From Epiperipatus broadwayi (Eukaryota; Animalia; Onychophora), in the NCBI GenBank assembly GCA_028023455.1, contig JAQFVV010000008.1, positions 682,001 through 746,000 of the forward strand: a stretch of DNA of 64,000 nt, in the 5' to 3' direction. The translations under genes and the position numbers were made by a program. Under the pieces are notes generated by a model. It was not told the origin of the DNA. It did not search any database and saw only the letters and a program-made list of their open reading frames with translations. Positions 24,034 to 36,287 of the stretch are shown here, one piece after another. The first letter of the stretch is position 1. Each line of letters starts with the position of its first letter.

Positions 24034-25674
24034 TGTGACACTACACTTCTTTTCCTTCCCCTAATAACTGAATCTTAATTATTAGAATCGCCGCCGAGGG
24101 CGCCACCAAGGATTTCTCTCTTGGAACCTGGCCACGAAGCTTTACGTAAACCTGGTCTTATTTATTTTCGAACGGCGATTCACTGATTACAAATTTTGTT
24201 TATGATCTGACAGGGGTTTTCACTTAAGGACACTAACTAATTATTATAAATAATTAAAGAATTCAAATATACGTTGGATACAAAAAAACTTTCCTTTATT
24301 ATTATTATTATTATTAATAACATTATATTTCTGCCCGATCCAGAGAGAACTGATTTACAATTTCTGATTTTCAAACTGTTAACTTTCTAAGTATTCTTCC
24401 CAAATATCTACCATGGATTTACTCGTGCCGACACTAACACTGCGGATTCTAGCAGGCGTGTATATAAAGGCGACTGATAGTATATAATCTTTCCTGAAGT
24501 TTATTTTTAAACCCCACTTTATTTGGTAAATAAATAACTTGCAAAAACTTAAAATGAACGTATAAGTGTCTTTCGTTTTCTTATACTTTCAACACTTCCC
24601 TTATTTTCTGCTAACAAGCAAGTAACGCCCTAAGGTTCTCTGTTGCTTGGCAGCGCACTTTTATACCCCCACCCTGTTGTTACCCTCTAGGTCGAACAGA
24701 TATTAAATAATTTAACATACAGTCATACCAATATTTCATAAAAATATTTAACGAGAATTAACATAAATAGTTTACAATATTAAATAAATTTATTTTCCCA
24801 CCTCTATTGTTGAAACATTCGTAACAAATATAATAAACGAAAAATAAATCAAAAATAAAGTTCTATTACGCTTTAACTAAAGTTCCCATTAATTGAAAAG
24901 TTTATAATTACCCTGATCGATCAGAGCGAAGTGGCCTGACTTTCATAGATTCACATTCCATTTGTCGTGCCTTTGTCCTTGTATATGAGAATTCTGGTGT
25001 GTCCATGGATGTTCCTTTGGTTGTCCGGCTAGCTATATACATTCCTTTCCATTCCTTGACTCTTTCGGTAGCTTCATTCAGATGGAGTGGTGGCCAATTC
25101 CCCAAAGGGGAAGGTTTTGATAACTTTAGCCGCTATGCATTTGAAAAGAGTCCGCAATATAAGTTTCTATAATAATTTCTGATTCGGAGCACAGCTTTTC
25201 TCTCTTTTTTTTCTTTATTGTCCTTGCTGGTCTCTCAAGTCAACTGACTTACTCTAAAAGCGATTTTATCTCCCTTTCTCTTATCTTTTTTTTTCTTTTT
25301 AATTAGCGTAACAGCAATTATTAACCAAATACCTTTAGTTTGTGAAAGTTTCAACAATAGAGTCTAATTACTACCAACAATCTAATTTTGTTTTCTTTTC
25401 CCCACCCTTTTATCTCTCGAGTTTTCTCCCTTCTAATTAAACACTTTTAACATTTTTGACAATAAATTATATTTTATCTTTTTTCTTTTTTTTTTTTAAA
25501 AATTTTTGCTCAAATCTATAGCAAAAATAAAAGTTTAAGATTTTACCCTTCCCATTAAATTAAAATCATTTGTTAATTTTTCTTTTACAACTATTTAACT
25601 TCGGAAAATATCTATGATGAAATTATAAATATGTAAGCTTATATATATATGAGCTGACTTAAAATATGAGCTCA
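24034..25674. mobile_element. LTR-like insertion (possible gypsy solo LTR or remnant) inside family E
   Basis: Begins TG, ends CA. 4-bp ATAT duplication (24030-24033, 25675-25678) deduced by comparison with the uninterrupted E arm. No clear pol motif. Confidence 0.4.
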
Positions 25675-25711
25675 ATATATCTCATCATTTATTGCATATA
25701 CATGTAGAGAT

Positions 25712-25772
25712 GATAATCTGGATCAACTGATGATTGCTGGTTTAGCATGAAATACATTTATTGGTGATTATT
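25712..25772 (+). ncRNA. Type I hammerhead ribozyme motif (family E)
   Basis: AUAAUC UGG AUCAA CUGAUGA UUGC-UGGUUUA-GCAU GAAA UACAUUUA/UUGGU GAUUAU. Core boxes are intact, and stem I is extended by AUAAUC/GAUUAU across an internal loop. Confidence 0.68.
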
Positions 25773-26662
25773 TATCTTTTTGACATATATGTGTTCGGGT
25801 GTATCAGTGATATGAGACAGAATGGTGTGTTGGGTGAAAGTCTGTGCTCATATGCCCTATGTATTACATATATTGATACAGGTATATAATAAGCTTTCAG
25901 TTCATAAATATTTTTGTGAACTTAAATTGATTAATCATCTAGCTTACACAGTAGGTAAATAACATTAGTATATTTTGTTAATAGCCTATATTTCAGTTTA
26001 TTAATTAAATAAAAGTTTCGAATTAACACGTGACACAATCTGTTTCAAATTATATCCATGGACTATCATTCACAATCTGTTTTTATATTCACAATCTGTT
26101 TTTATATATTGCAAATTAGAAAGTAGTAATCGCTCATAAAGTCAAAGCATGGTACTTTTTAAATTTCTTTCATTTTAAACATCTTATTTACTTCAGAGAA
26201 CACATCTAAAATTGATATTTCAGAGTACATAGCTAAAAGCTGAGGTTGATAAAATACTACTAAAATAGAATTTAGATTAAAATATTATTGTTGTAAAACA
26301 GTAAGATCTTGTAATAGCAGTTATAAATAAAATGTGGAGTATATACCAATAAATATAAACTAACTGTGAATAGAATTTTAAAAGTTATATGGTACATTAA
26401 TATGGTTTTATTTCCAATGATTTATGTTGTGTATTTAAAACGTAAAAGTGAACTTGTGTGTGTGAACACACACACCTATACATTCATAATTTTTAACAGA
26501 TGTTATTGCTGAGATATTTTTAAGAATGTGGAAATATCTGCTCTATTTTATTTTAGAGAAATCACAGTCAAATGATGTAGATAGTGACCATTGAAAATAG
26601 TAAACTGTAAACACTTTTTGCTTAGATCTAAATTAATTAGTAAATGTATTAACCGTATATAT

Positions 26663-26813
26663 ATTCAGTCTGCAGATTCACTGTGATTGGTTGCTGCAAA
26701 TCAATATACTTTGGCTGTGGATTTAACTTTGTATATATAACATACGAAGTTAAATCCACAGTCAAAATGTATTGATATGCAGCAAACAAACAGAGTAGAT
26801 CTTCAGACTGAAT
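26663..26813. repeat. Short fold-back (MITE-like palindrome)
   Basis: Arms ATTCAGTCTG...CTGTGGATTTAACTT / AAGTTAAATCCACAG...CAGACTGAAT. Confidence 0.7.
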
Positions 26814-28849
26814 AAAACAATAGCAAATCTGTCCGAGCTACTATTAATCAAAAGGATATCTTTTTTAATCGGTCACCCATGTTATTAGGTATGAGCCAGT
26901 AGCTGGACATTATATATATATATACACACACACACATAAATCATTAGCTATATATATACACTACATTATTAATTATATATATATGTAGTTAATAGTATTA
27001 AGAATATATACAGTGAATAATTTGTGTGTACAGTATATATATATTGTAATGAAAAGAGAATGAAAATTATTACACTTTGAAGTTTTTTCATTGTCAGAAT
27101 ATTTTTATGATAACTTTTGGTTTTTAATTCAATACTTTGATTTCCTTGCAATTTTATTTTAACATATTAAATATTATTTCACTACTATTTTGTAAGCCAT
27201 GCGATAAAAATTAAAACAAAAACCTATTACATATTAAGCAATGTTAATTTGAATATTAACATAAAATATTTGCTTTATACAGCTTAGTCTCCCTCTACCA
27301 TCCATTAGTGGGTATTTAGAGCTTTCAGATGGGCAATGAGTGTGTACCAGATGTTAAAAGAAAAGCCATAGATTACCATAGATGTGCAACAAGCATTTAC
27401 ATTTTTTTGGAGAATTGGGTATGCCTTAAATATTAATTAATATTTTCAAGTTCAAAATAAATTTAATACATTTTATTTTTTCAAATCGATTTAAATTTGT
27501 AACTCACTTTGTATTGTTATATAATATACTATTATAAATCCTTGTATTGTGAAATTATTTCCATAAGCAATAAATTAAGAGGTTTGGTGGGCGATAGGAA
27601 AATTATCTTGTTAACAAGAATACAAATATGGGTGGTAGGTAAAAAAAAAAAAAGGTTGACAATGACTTCTGGTTTAACTGAAGAAGGTGAATAGGCTAGT
27701 TTTAAAGTAGGGTTGACTGCAGAAAAAGTTCTTACTGATAGGTAAGTATATACCATTTCAGATAAATAATGACAATTCATGTTTTCATTGAAAATTCTTT
27801 ATCTTTCAACAAAGCTATACTTTTCTTAATTAATCAAAGTTAATATAACAAACAAACAAAAGTTATCTGAAAAGTAAAAAAAATGGATGACTCTTCAGTA
27901 TTTGAATAATATCATATCCTGAAAAATTTAATTCAACTTAAAAAATAATAGCAGTTTAGCTTCATATTTGTAATTTGAAAGTCATCATATAATCAAATTA
28001 AAATGCCAATGCTTTATTTTTTTCTCCTAAAGTTTGGCATTTAGAACACTCTGCAAGCAAGATCTTTTATAAATTCATAAACATTATTATATATATGATG
28101 ATCATAAAGTTTCCCCAATCTATCTTTAATAACTGATTAGTAATAATTATTTAAACAATTGTCTTACATATATTAATTATTATTCAGATAATTAGAAAAT
28201 TAGAATTTCTTACTAGTGGACTTCAGCTCTAATTACATTTGTCTATCTGTAATTAAAAAGTGCACAACCTTTCAAAATATTCAACTATTAGGCTGATTGC
28301 CTATGTGGCAAGTACAAAGATAATATATGTCACAATCTGCCTAAATTCAGTTTTTACTATCAAAAATGTTGATTACAGCTCCAACAAGCAACAAAATTTT
28401 ATATATAATAAAAATAATAAATTAATGTTTGGAAACAAAGACTTAAAAATTTAATGAAACATAATAGATTCTTCTGAAGCTCCTCAAAATAGAAAAAAAA
28501 AAGTAATATATTTAATAAACAAAACAAAAATATCAGCACAGTAAATATTGTAAGCCCACGATGACACATACGGAAAGTAGTAAACAATGTCCTGATATGT
28601 CACTTTATGGTTAATTGCAATTTCTATATCAATTTACAAATTAATTTTTTAGATATTAATTTCAGAAGATAAGAAATATGGTGCTGAACAATTTATTAGT
28701 TAATACAAAGCAGTGCTTTATTATTATGATTTAATTTATAATATATATTATATTTAATGTTTTTACAGTCATATGATTTAAATAAAATATGTTTTGGTTT
28801 AAACCATGTTATATTTTGTTTGAATTCCCAATGTTCTGACAAAACAACA

Positions 28850-30590
28850 TTCCTCATTGTCAATATTAAGGTCTTAAAGTAGGACTATTAGATCTTAAGA
28901 AATAATGAGATTGATAAAGAACAATAATTCTTATATATATTTGATGGCTGATTATACAGAATACATGAATTAATAAAATGTTTATTTTGTTCAGTTTTAT
29001 AATTACTTGATTTCAAGTTGATTTTAAAAGAAACAGATAAAATAAATAGTCTCCACAAGGCTGGAATATGTTGGGCTTCATCATATTTATATAAACCACT
29101 CAGTCCTTTTAATATTTCAATAGACTCCCTCATGATTCTCAAATTATACTTTTCTAAAAGTAATTTAGCATTATCAAATCAGTTGTGTGACCAATTTCTA
29201 AAAACTGCCAAATAAAAGCTGATGTATTTAACTTTTGATTGTAAGCATTTCTATGCTTCTTAATTTTGATATTAATTTATCTATTGGGTTGACCTACATA
29301 GCTTCTTGAGCACTGTGAATATGGAATTTCATAGTCACCTTGGTATTTCAAAAGTTCTGTTTTTAGGTTTATGAAAAAAATAACCATTTTTTATTGCTAT
29401 TAGAAAAAGTGGAATTAGATAGTCTTCTATTGATATTATGAGTGATTTCTTTAATGTAAGGTAAAAACCATTCTATAACTTGTTGAGTTATCAATTTTAT
29501 CATCTTTTTTCTTTTTAGTATCAATGCTATGTAATACTTTATATATGATGTTTTTATTGTAACCATTAAAAAGTAGAATATTTTTAGTTCTATTTCTTCA
29601 ATAAGATGATCTTTATCAGACAAACTACATGCTCTCATCAAAAGATTTTTTGCCATAGAAAATAGGTGACCAGGATGATAATGAGAATTAAAATTAACAT
29701 ATTTGTTTGTATGGGTAGATTTTCTGTAAACAGATATTGCTAAAGTATCATTAGATTTTCTAACAATACATCTAGAAAAGAAAGTGTTTTGTTATTTTCA
29801 ACTTCCTTAGTACACTTAATATTAGAATGTCATTCATTAATAAAAGCAAGAAAAGAATTTGAAGTATAAATATCATGATGCCATATAACAAATGTATCAT
29901 CTATATATCTGAGTCAAACATAAATTTTTTTTAGTAGCTGCATTTAATACTTCATTTTCAAAATTATTCATGAAGAGATCAGAAATTACAGAGGAGAGTG
30001 GAGAGCCCATAGAAAATCCTTCAATTTATTTATATTTTTGAAAATCATGGATAAAAAAATATATTTTCAAGGCAATGTTTTGCTGATGGAACAATAAATT
30101 CAGATAAATTATTATTATTAAAGCTTCTTCAACAGGATTATTAGTAAACAAAGAAGAAGGATCAAAGCTGACCAATTTATTACTTTTAACTAGCTTTAAA
30201 TTTTTAATAATAGAAGATGAATTGAATTTTAAATTTTTGATGGAATGTTATCGATCAGTGGTTATAAGTATTGGGCTGATTATTAGGCCAAATAATGTAT
30301 GGGAGAATGTATAGCACACACAATAAGCCTCAATGGTATATGAATTTTAGATAAACCATAAAATTTAGGATATAATGAGCCTTCTCTTGGAGAAATTTTA
30401 ATTTTTATATTCTTATTTATAATGGAATATTTGACAATAAATTTTGTCTTTTTTTGTAAGTATGTCAGAGGATCTCTAACAATTATTTCATAAGTGCCAT
30501 CATATAGTAAATTTAAAGTTTTATTATTATAATTTAAAGAATTAAATACAACAGACAAATTACCTTTATCTGCTAGAATTATAAAGATCT
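28850..30590 (-). mobile_element. Penelope-like retroelement (RT + GIY-YIG), 5'-truncated and decayed
   Basis: Minus-strand motifs in order: ADKG (~30560-30575), PKFYGLSKIH..PLRLIV, MGSPLS, RYIDDTFVIW (~29890-29912), LPYIKEI, YEIP..C.RSYVGQ (GIY-YIG), RESIEI. Multiple stops and frameshifts. Confidence 0.88.
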
Positions 30591-30925
30591 AAAGACCAAG
30601 TACTTTTGAAATACCAAGGTGTCTATGAAATTCCATGTTCAGAGTGCTCAAGAAGCTATGTATGTCAATTCAATAGATGAATTAATGTCATAATTAAGGA
30701 GCATTAAAATGCCTTCTATCAAAAGCTAAATACCAGCAGCTTTTACTTCATAATTTTTTAGAAATTGATCACACATCTAATTTTGGTAATGCTAAGATAC
30801 TTTTGAAAAGTATTATTTGAGAACCATGAAGAAACCTATTGAAATATTAAAAAGACCAAATTATTTAAATAAATTTAATGAAATACAATGTATGCCATAC
30901 TTATGGGAAACACTTATTTTATCTC
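30591..30925 (+). mobile_element. Inverted copy of the PLE 3' (GIY-YIG) segment joined to the truncated 5' end
   Basis: The + strand reads QGVYEIPCSECSRSYV... and aligns by eye to the reverse complement of ~29040-29360. Confidence 0.82.
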
Positions 30926-30985
30926 TAATCAATTAATTGTAAAACTGAAGGGAATAAATATTTTGTTAATCCATGTATTGTGAAC

Positions 30986-31048
<63 letters not shown>

Positions 31049-31060
31049 TTATATATATAT
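30986..31060. repeat. (TA)n microsatellite
   Basis: Read directly from the sequence; abuts the RTE 5' end. Confidence 0.95.
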
Positions 31061-31069
31061 AAAAGAATG

Positions 31070-31235
31070 GGCTGCAGAAAGGAGTTTGCTATTAACTGAA
31101 AGGAGACCCTTTGATTCCTCTTGGAGGCCTTAAAGGAACCGAGCAGGGAAAATTCCTAATGTCCACTCCATATGTTCTTGTCGTTGCAGCTGTTATTACT
31201 ATGTGATTATTCATATAGTATACGAACATGGATGG
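31070..31235 (+). ncRNA. HDV-like self-cleaving ribozyme in the RTE 5' UTR
   Basis: P1 GGCUGCA(31070-76)/UGCAGCU(31185-91) with G1-U wobble. P2 CCACUCCAU(31163-71)/AUGGAUGG(31228-35). P3 AUG/CGU with L3 UUCUUGU. J1/4 GU. P4 UACUAUGUGA/UCAUAUAGUA. J4/2 CGAAC with the catalytic-position C at 31223. Confidence 0.85.
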
Positions 31236-31395
31236 GCTGCTCACCAACATGCATTAGCCAGCGTGGTGAGTTTATTGGCTTTTTACCTCTGAGTTTAAGA
31301 TCAAGAAACACCGTGGTCTTTCTTCTCAGTGCCTGATAAGGCAGAATGAATGTTTGTGTAAATGATAAATATTTTTCCAATACATATATACAATT

Positions 31396-34354
31396 ATGAC
31401 AGACAAAAATAAAGCATGGCCCTTATTCCCAGGAGGCTGTAAAGTCACCAACCAAGGCAGCGGTTGGTGGCTGAAGGCGGAGGGTGCTAAGAATCACCTG
31501 ATTGCGGACCCAGGCTGCCATTTGATGACGACTTTTTATTTAGGTACTTACAACTGCAGATCACTTTCAAGTGAAGGAAGATTGCAAGAATTAGAAGAAG
31601 AACTGTCTTATATTAAATGGGACATTATTGGACTTTGTGAAGTTAGAAGAAAAGGAGAAGAAACAATTGATTTAAAAAGTGGACATATACTCTATTATAA
31701 AGGCACACATATTGGAAATACAAGTGGAGTAGGATTCATTATAAATAAAAAGTGGAAGAACAATATTGTGGAGATTGATGGTGTATCGGACAGAGTGGCA
31801 AGATTAGTTATACAACTTAATAGCAAATACCAAATGCAGATAATTCAGGTTTATGCCCCAACAAGTTCTCATAGTGATGAAGTAGTAGAAGATTTTTATA
31901 TGGATGTACAAAAGGCTTTTGATCAGAGTAAACAACATTTTAAAATTGTTATGGGAGACTTTAATGCTAGAATTGGTAGACAAATGAAAGATGAAATTGC
32001 TGTAGGTAATTTTGGTTATGGTAATAGAAATGAGAGAGGACATAGACTTGTGGAGTTTGCAGAAAAAGAAAAACTTTATATTATGAATTCATTTTTTGAG
32101 AAAAATGTTAAAAGGAAATGGACATGGAAGCATCCAAATGAAGGTACAGCAGAATTGGATTATATTTTGACTAACAGAAAATACATATTTCAAGATTGTA
32201 ATGTTCTTAATAAATTTAACACAGGAAGTGATCATCGATTAGTAAGGTGTAAGTTACGTGTTAATGTAAAACTAGAGAGACAAAAATTATTAAGAAAAAC
32301 AATATTTACAGTTGATATTCCTAATCTTCAGAAACATTCTAATGAATTTAAATTAGAACTTACAAATAGGTTTCAAGTGTTAGGAGATTTTGAACATGAT
32401 ACAGATTTGAATGAAATTAATATGAAAATAACTGATACACTTTTACAAACTGCAACAAACATAGCTGGTAGAAAAAAGCAGCAATTGACTAATAAAATTT
32501 CTACTGAGACTAGAGAATTTATGAAGAAAAGAAGGAATTTGAAGATATACAAAAATGATGTATTAAAAAGAATTGAATATCTCGAATTTTGTAAAATGGT
32601 ACGGAAAAGAGTTGAAAATGATATAAGAAAGTATAACTGTGAAATAGCAAGGAAAGCTGTAGAAGAAAATAAAAGTCTCAAAAATGTTAAACAACATTTT
32701 GGTATTGGTAGGAAATTTATATCTGCAATAAGAAAAAAAGATGGAATTATTACTAAAAAGAGAGATGACATCATGAAATTGGTAGAAGATTTTTATCAAG
32801 AATTATATAGTAATAAAGAACAAGTACCTCCTATATCTATTACATCTTCCGAATTGCCCAGAATTTTAAATGAAGAAGTGAGACATGCAATTAAGTGTAT
32901 GAAGAAAGGAAAGGCTCCAGGAAATGATGGAATTATAATTGATATATTAAAAGAAGCAGGTGAAGAAATAGAAACAATTTTAGCAAAGTTATATACCAAA
33001 TGTCTAAATGATAAAGATGTACCTGAAGATTGGAAGAATGCAGTAATAATATTAATATTTAAAAAAGGTGATAAAGAAGATATTAGAAATTACAGACCTA
33101 TCAGCCTTTTATCAGTTTTATATAAAATTTTTACCAAGATAATTACAACTTGTCTGCAGAGAACTTTGGATTTCCACCAACCAAGAGAACAAGCTGGATT
33201 TAAAAATGGTTTTAGTACAATAGATCATATCCAGGTATTGAGAGAAGTCATAGAAAGGACAAACGAATATGAGTTGTCATTATGTTTTGGATTTGTAGAT
33301 TATGAAAAGGCATTCGATTCTATACACATTTCTTCAGTGATTAAAGCATTGGATCATCAAGAGTATAGATCCAGGATATTGTCATATTTTAAAGAATATT
33401 TATAAAAATGCAACAGCAACAATTAGATTACATAATGATACTGGAAAAATCAACATTGAGAAAGGTGTAAGACAAGGTGACTCCATATCTCCAAAACTCT
33501 TTACAGCAGTGCTGCAAGAAGTATTTTGTGGATTAAAATGGGAAACTAAAGGAGTGAAAGTAAATGGAGAGTATTTAAGTCATTTAGATTTCGCAGATGA
33601 TGTAGTTGTTTTTGCAAATAATGCTTCAGAGCTGCAGGAAATGTTGCAGGAGTTAGCAGATGAAAGTAGAAAAGTAGGACTAAAGATAAATGTTAAAAAG
33701 ACTAAAGTAATGTTTAATCGATTTGCTCAAAATATGAAAATAAAGATTGATTATGAAGAATTAGAAGAAGTTAACAGTTACAAATACCTTGGTCAGATTA
33801 TTAATACAGATGGAAACATAATGGAGGAAATTAATCATAGAATTAAACTTGGTTGGAGTGCTTTTGGTAGAAATAACTTGATACTAAAAGGAAATATGCC
33901 TATGTGTTTGAAAAGGATGGTTTTTAACAAATGTGTTTTACCAGTTCTTACTTATGGATCTGAGACTTGGACACTTAATAGAAGAGCAATACAGAGACTT
34001 CAGACCACTCAAAGGAGTATGGAGAGATGTATGTTGGGAGTAACAAGAAGAGATCAAAAACGCAATGTATGGGTAAGACAACAAACTGGTGTTACTGACC
34101 TTATTGAAAAAATTAAAAGATTGAAATGGAGTTGGGCTGGACATATTGCTAGAAGAGATGATAATAGATGGACAATTGAAATTTTAAACTGGATTCCAAG
34201 AGATTGTAAAAGACCCAGAAAGAGACCACATGTGAGATGGATGGATGAAATAAGAAAATGTGCAGGGGTGTTGTGGAGAAGAGAAGCTAAAGATCGGAGA
34301 AGATGGATTAAACTTGGAGAGACCTTCATCCTGCAGTGGATTGATAATGGTTGA
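31396..34354 (+). pseudogene. RTE polyprotein (apurinic endonuclease + reverse transcriptase), broken by one +1 frameshift near 33364
   Basis: TYNCRSL, GLCE, VYAPT, GDFNA and SDHRLV (APE). YRPISLL, QAGF and DYEKAFDS, then in the shifted frame GVRQGDSISPKLF, HLDFADD, YKYLG and WSWAGH. Confidence 0.93.
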
Positions 34355-35494
34355 TGATGATGATGATATAAAAGAATGATTGTTCTTTACTTCATGCTCA
34401 GTCTCATTATTACTTAAGATCTAACAGTTCTTCTTTACAACCTTAACTTTGACAATGATGAATGTTATTTTGTCGAAACTTTGGGAATTCAAATAAAATA
34501 ATACATAGTTTAAACAAAAAAAATACTTTATATATTGTTCATGCTACAAAAGACTGAAATCCATTGTAAAGAAAACAATGATTTTTTTCAAAGTGTGCAA
34601 TCAAGAGTAGTTGTCCTGGAAACCTGTCTTGCAAACAGGATTTGTATCTTATGGTGAATTTTAGTTTCTAAAACTTTGCTTTCTTTATTTTTAGCAATAT
34701 TTTAAGTTCATCTGTAATGACGAAAAAAAATACTGTTACTATGGATATTTGGTATACTTTAACACATTTTTTGATATATCTGAATTTATGTGAGATATTA
34801 TCAAGTTATATTCTTGAGAGCTTTGAAGTCAATCAAATAATTCTAGAAGTATCATGCTTATAACTAAATATTGGAAATCAGATTTAATTATTATTTATAT
34901 GTCAGTGATCAGAGATGTTTTAAACTTTTATGATAAACTATAATTAATTAATTAAGTTCTGGTTAGCATATGGTTCAAAAATTTGTGAAGTGTAATTCAC
35001 CATTCTATTCTTATTCCAAGATAATTCTTATTATGTATTGCAAGATATTTAAAAATGCTATATATTTTATTAATGGTCATTTTGTGAATCTGAATATTTT
35101 ATTGCATTTCATCATATATAAACATTATGCATAAATGAATATTCAAACAAATTATTTAGTGGTATTTTCACACTTTGTTAATACATTGATATTATAATGG
35201 TAAAAGATGATCAATATTATATTTTAAATATTATTTATTTCTCTCCAACTGCCTAATAGAATTTTTCAGACATTTATATCTCTGAAAAAAATTGCTCACC
35301 AATTGGAATATTGAAAAATAACTAAAAACATTAAAAAAAGAAAAAAATTGTTTATCTTTTAACAATATAATATCTTCACATGATCACCATTTCTTATGCT
35401 AGCACATCTGTTATTAACAAAGGCAAAACTCTGTATGGAGAGTTTTGCCTTTGTTAATATAATATCTTATTCAAATATTTTATTTCTCTTACAG

Positions 35495-35626
35495 ATATTG
35501 ATGAATGTTCATCAAATCAAACTCATGATTGCCATGGAGTTCATCATCTTTGTGTCAATACTCCAGGTTCTTTCCAATGTAAATGTGAATTTGGGTATAT
35601 TCTTAAAAGAAACAATCGTTGTGAAG
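35495..35626 (+). CDS. Exon, cbEGF domain ([44 protein letters not shown])
   Basis: TTTCTCTTACAG acceptor ending 35494, GTAAT donor at 35627. 132 bp, phase 1-1. Confidence 0.92.
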
Positions 35627-35849
35627 GTAATACTTATATATATATACATACACACACATCCATTGTTATCCTTTTTGTTGTTTATAATAATGTGACTGAA
35701 ATATTTTTAACATTAGCAAATGAAAAGGTTTTTTATATTTTGTTATGATTAAGTATTGCTGAACGCACTTTCAATGTTGACCATCAGATTCATACCACAT
35801 CAAACTTAGCATACCTATGAGTGATATTAATTTGATGTTCCACATTGAA

Positions 35850-36115
35850 AATGAACATATCATATGATCACCATTTTTATGCTTGCTCATAACTGTTATT
35901 AAAACATGCAAAACTCTCCATGCAGTAGTGCTCTCAGATCCAAGGCTCCTCACTGATGAAAGCCACAAGCTAGAAACTAGCCTGGGGATATTGAATGAGT
36001 AGGCACTAGATAGAGATTTTATTCACAAGCCTTCTGGAATCCATTGATTTCTCTGGTTTGCACTGAGTGGTATTACTGTATGGAGTGTGTTTGCCTGTTT
36101 TAATGAACTCAGCAA
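35850..36115 (+). mobile_element. Family A copy with a hammerhead motif mutated at the cleavage triplet (35953-35982)
   Basis: CUGAUGA AAGC-CACAA-GCUA GAAA CUA GCC/UGGGGAUA (GUC changed to GCC). Confidence 0.72.
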
Positions 36116-36179
36116 TACTTAATAATAACAAAAATAAATATAAAAGACCTTTTCTTCTGTTAACATTAGAAATGTTTCA

Positions 36180-36282
<103 letters not shown>

Positions 36283-36287
36283 GATAA

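Larger units (their letters stand above)
23590..25860. mobile_element. Family E fold-back element with hammerhead motifs at ~23677-23735 (-) and ~25712-25772 (+), split by a 1.6-kb insertion
   Basis: Ends ATATGAGCACAGACTTTCAC / GTGAAAGTCTGTGCTCATAT. A homologous uninterrupted copy lies at ~59840-60250. Confidence 0.8.
31070..34365 (+). mobile_element. Full-length RTE-clade non-LTR retrotransposon (~3.3 kb)
   Basis: Single APE+RT coding region, (TGA)n tail, 13-bp TSD ATATAAAAGAATG (31057-31069, 34366-34378). Confidence 0.96.

Noticed and set aside
27329-27418. AG/GT-bounded 90-bp open segment (MGNECVPD...ENW)
   Set aside because: It is open only in phase 0, incompatible with the phase-1 flanking exons, and shows no EGF cysteine pattern.
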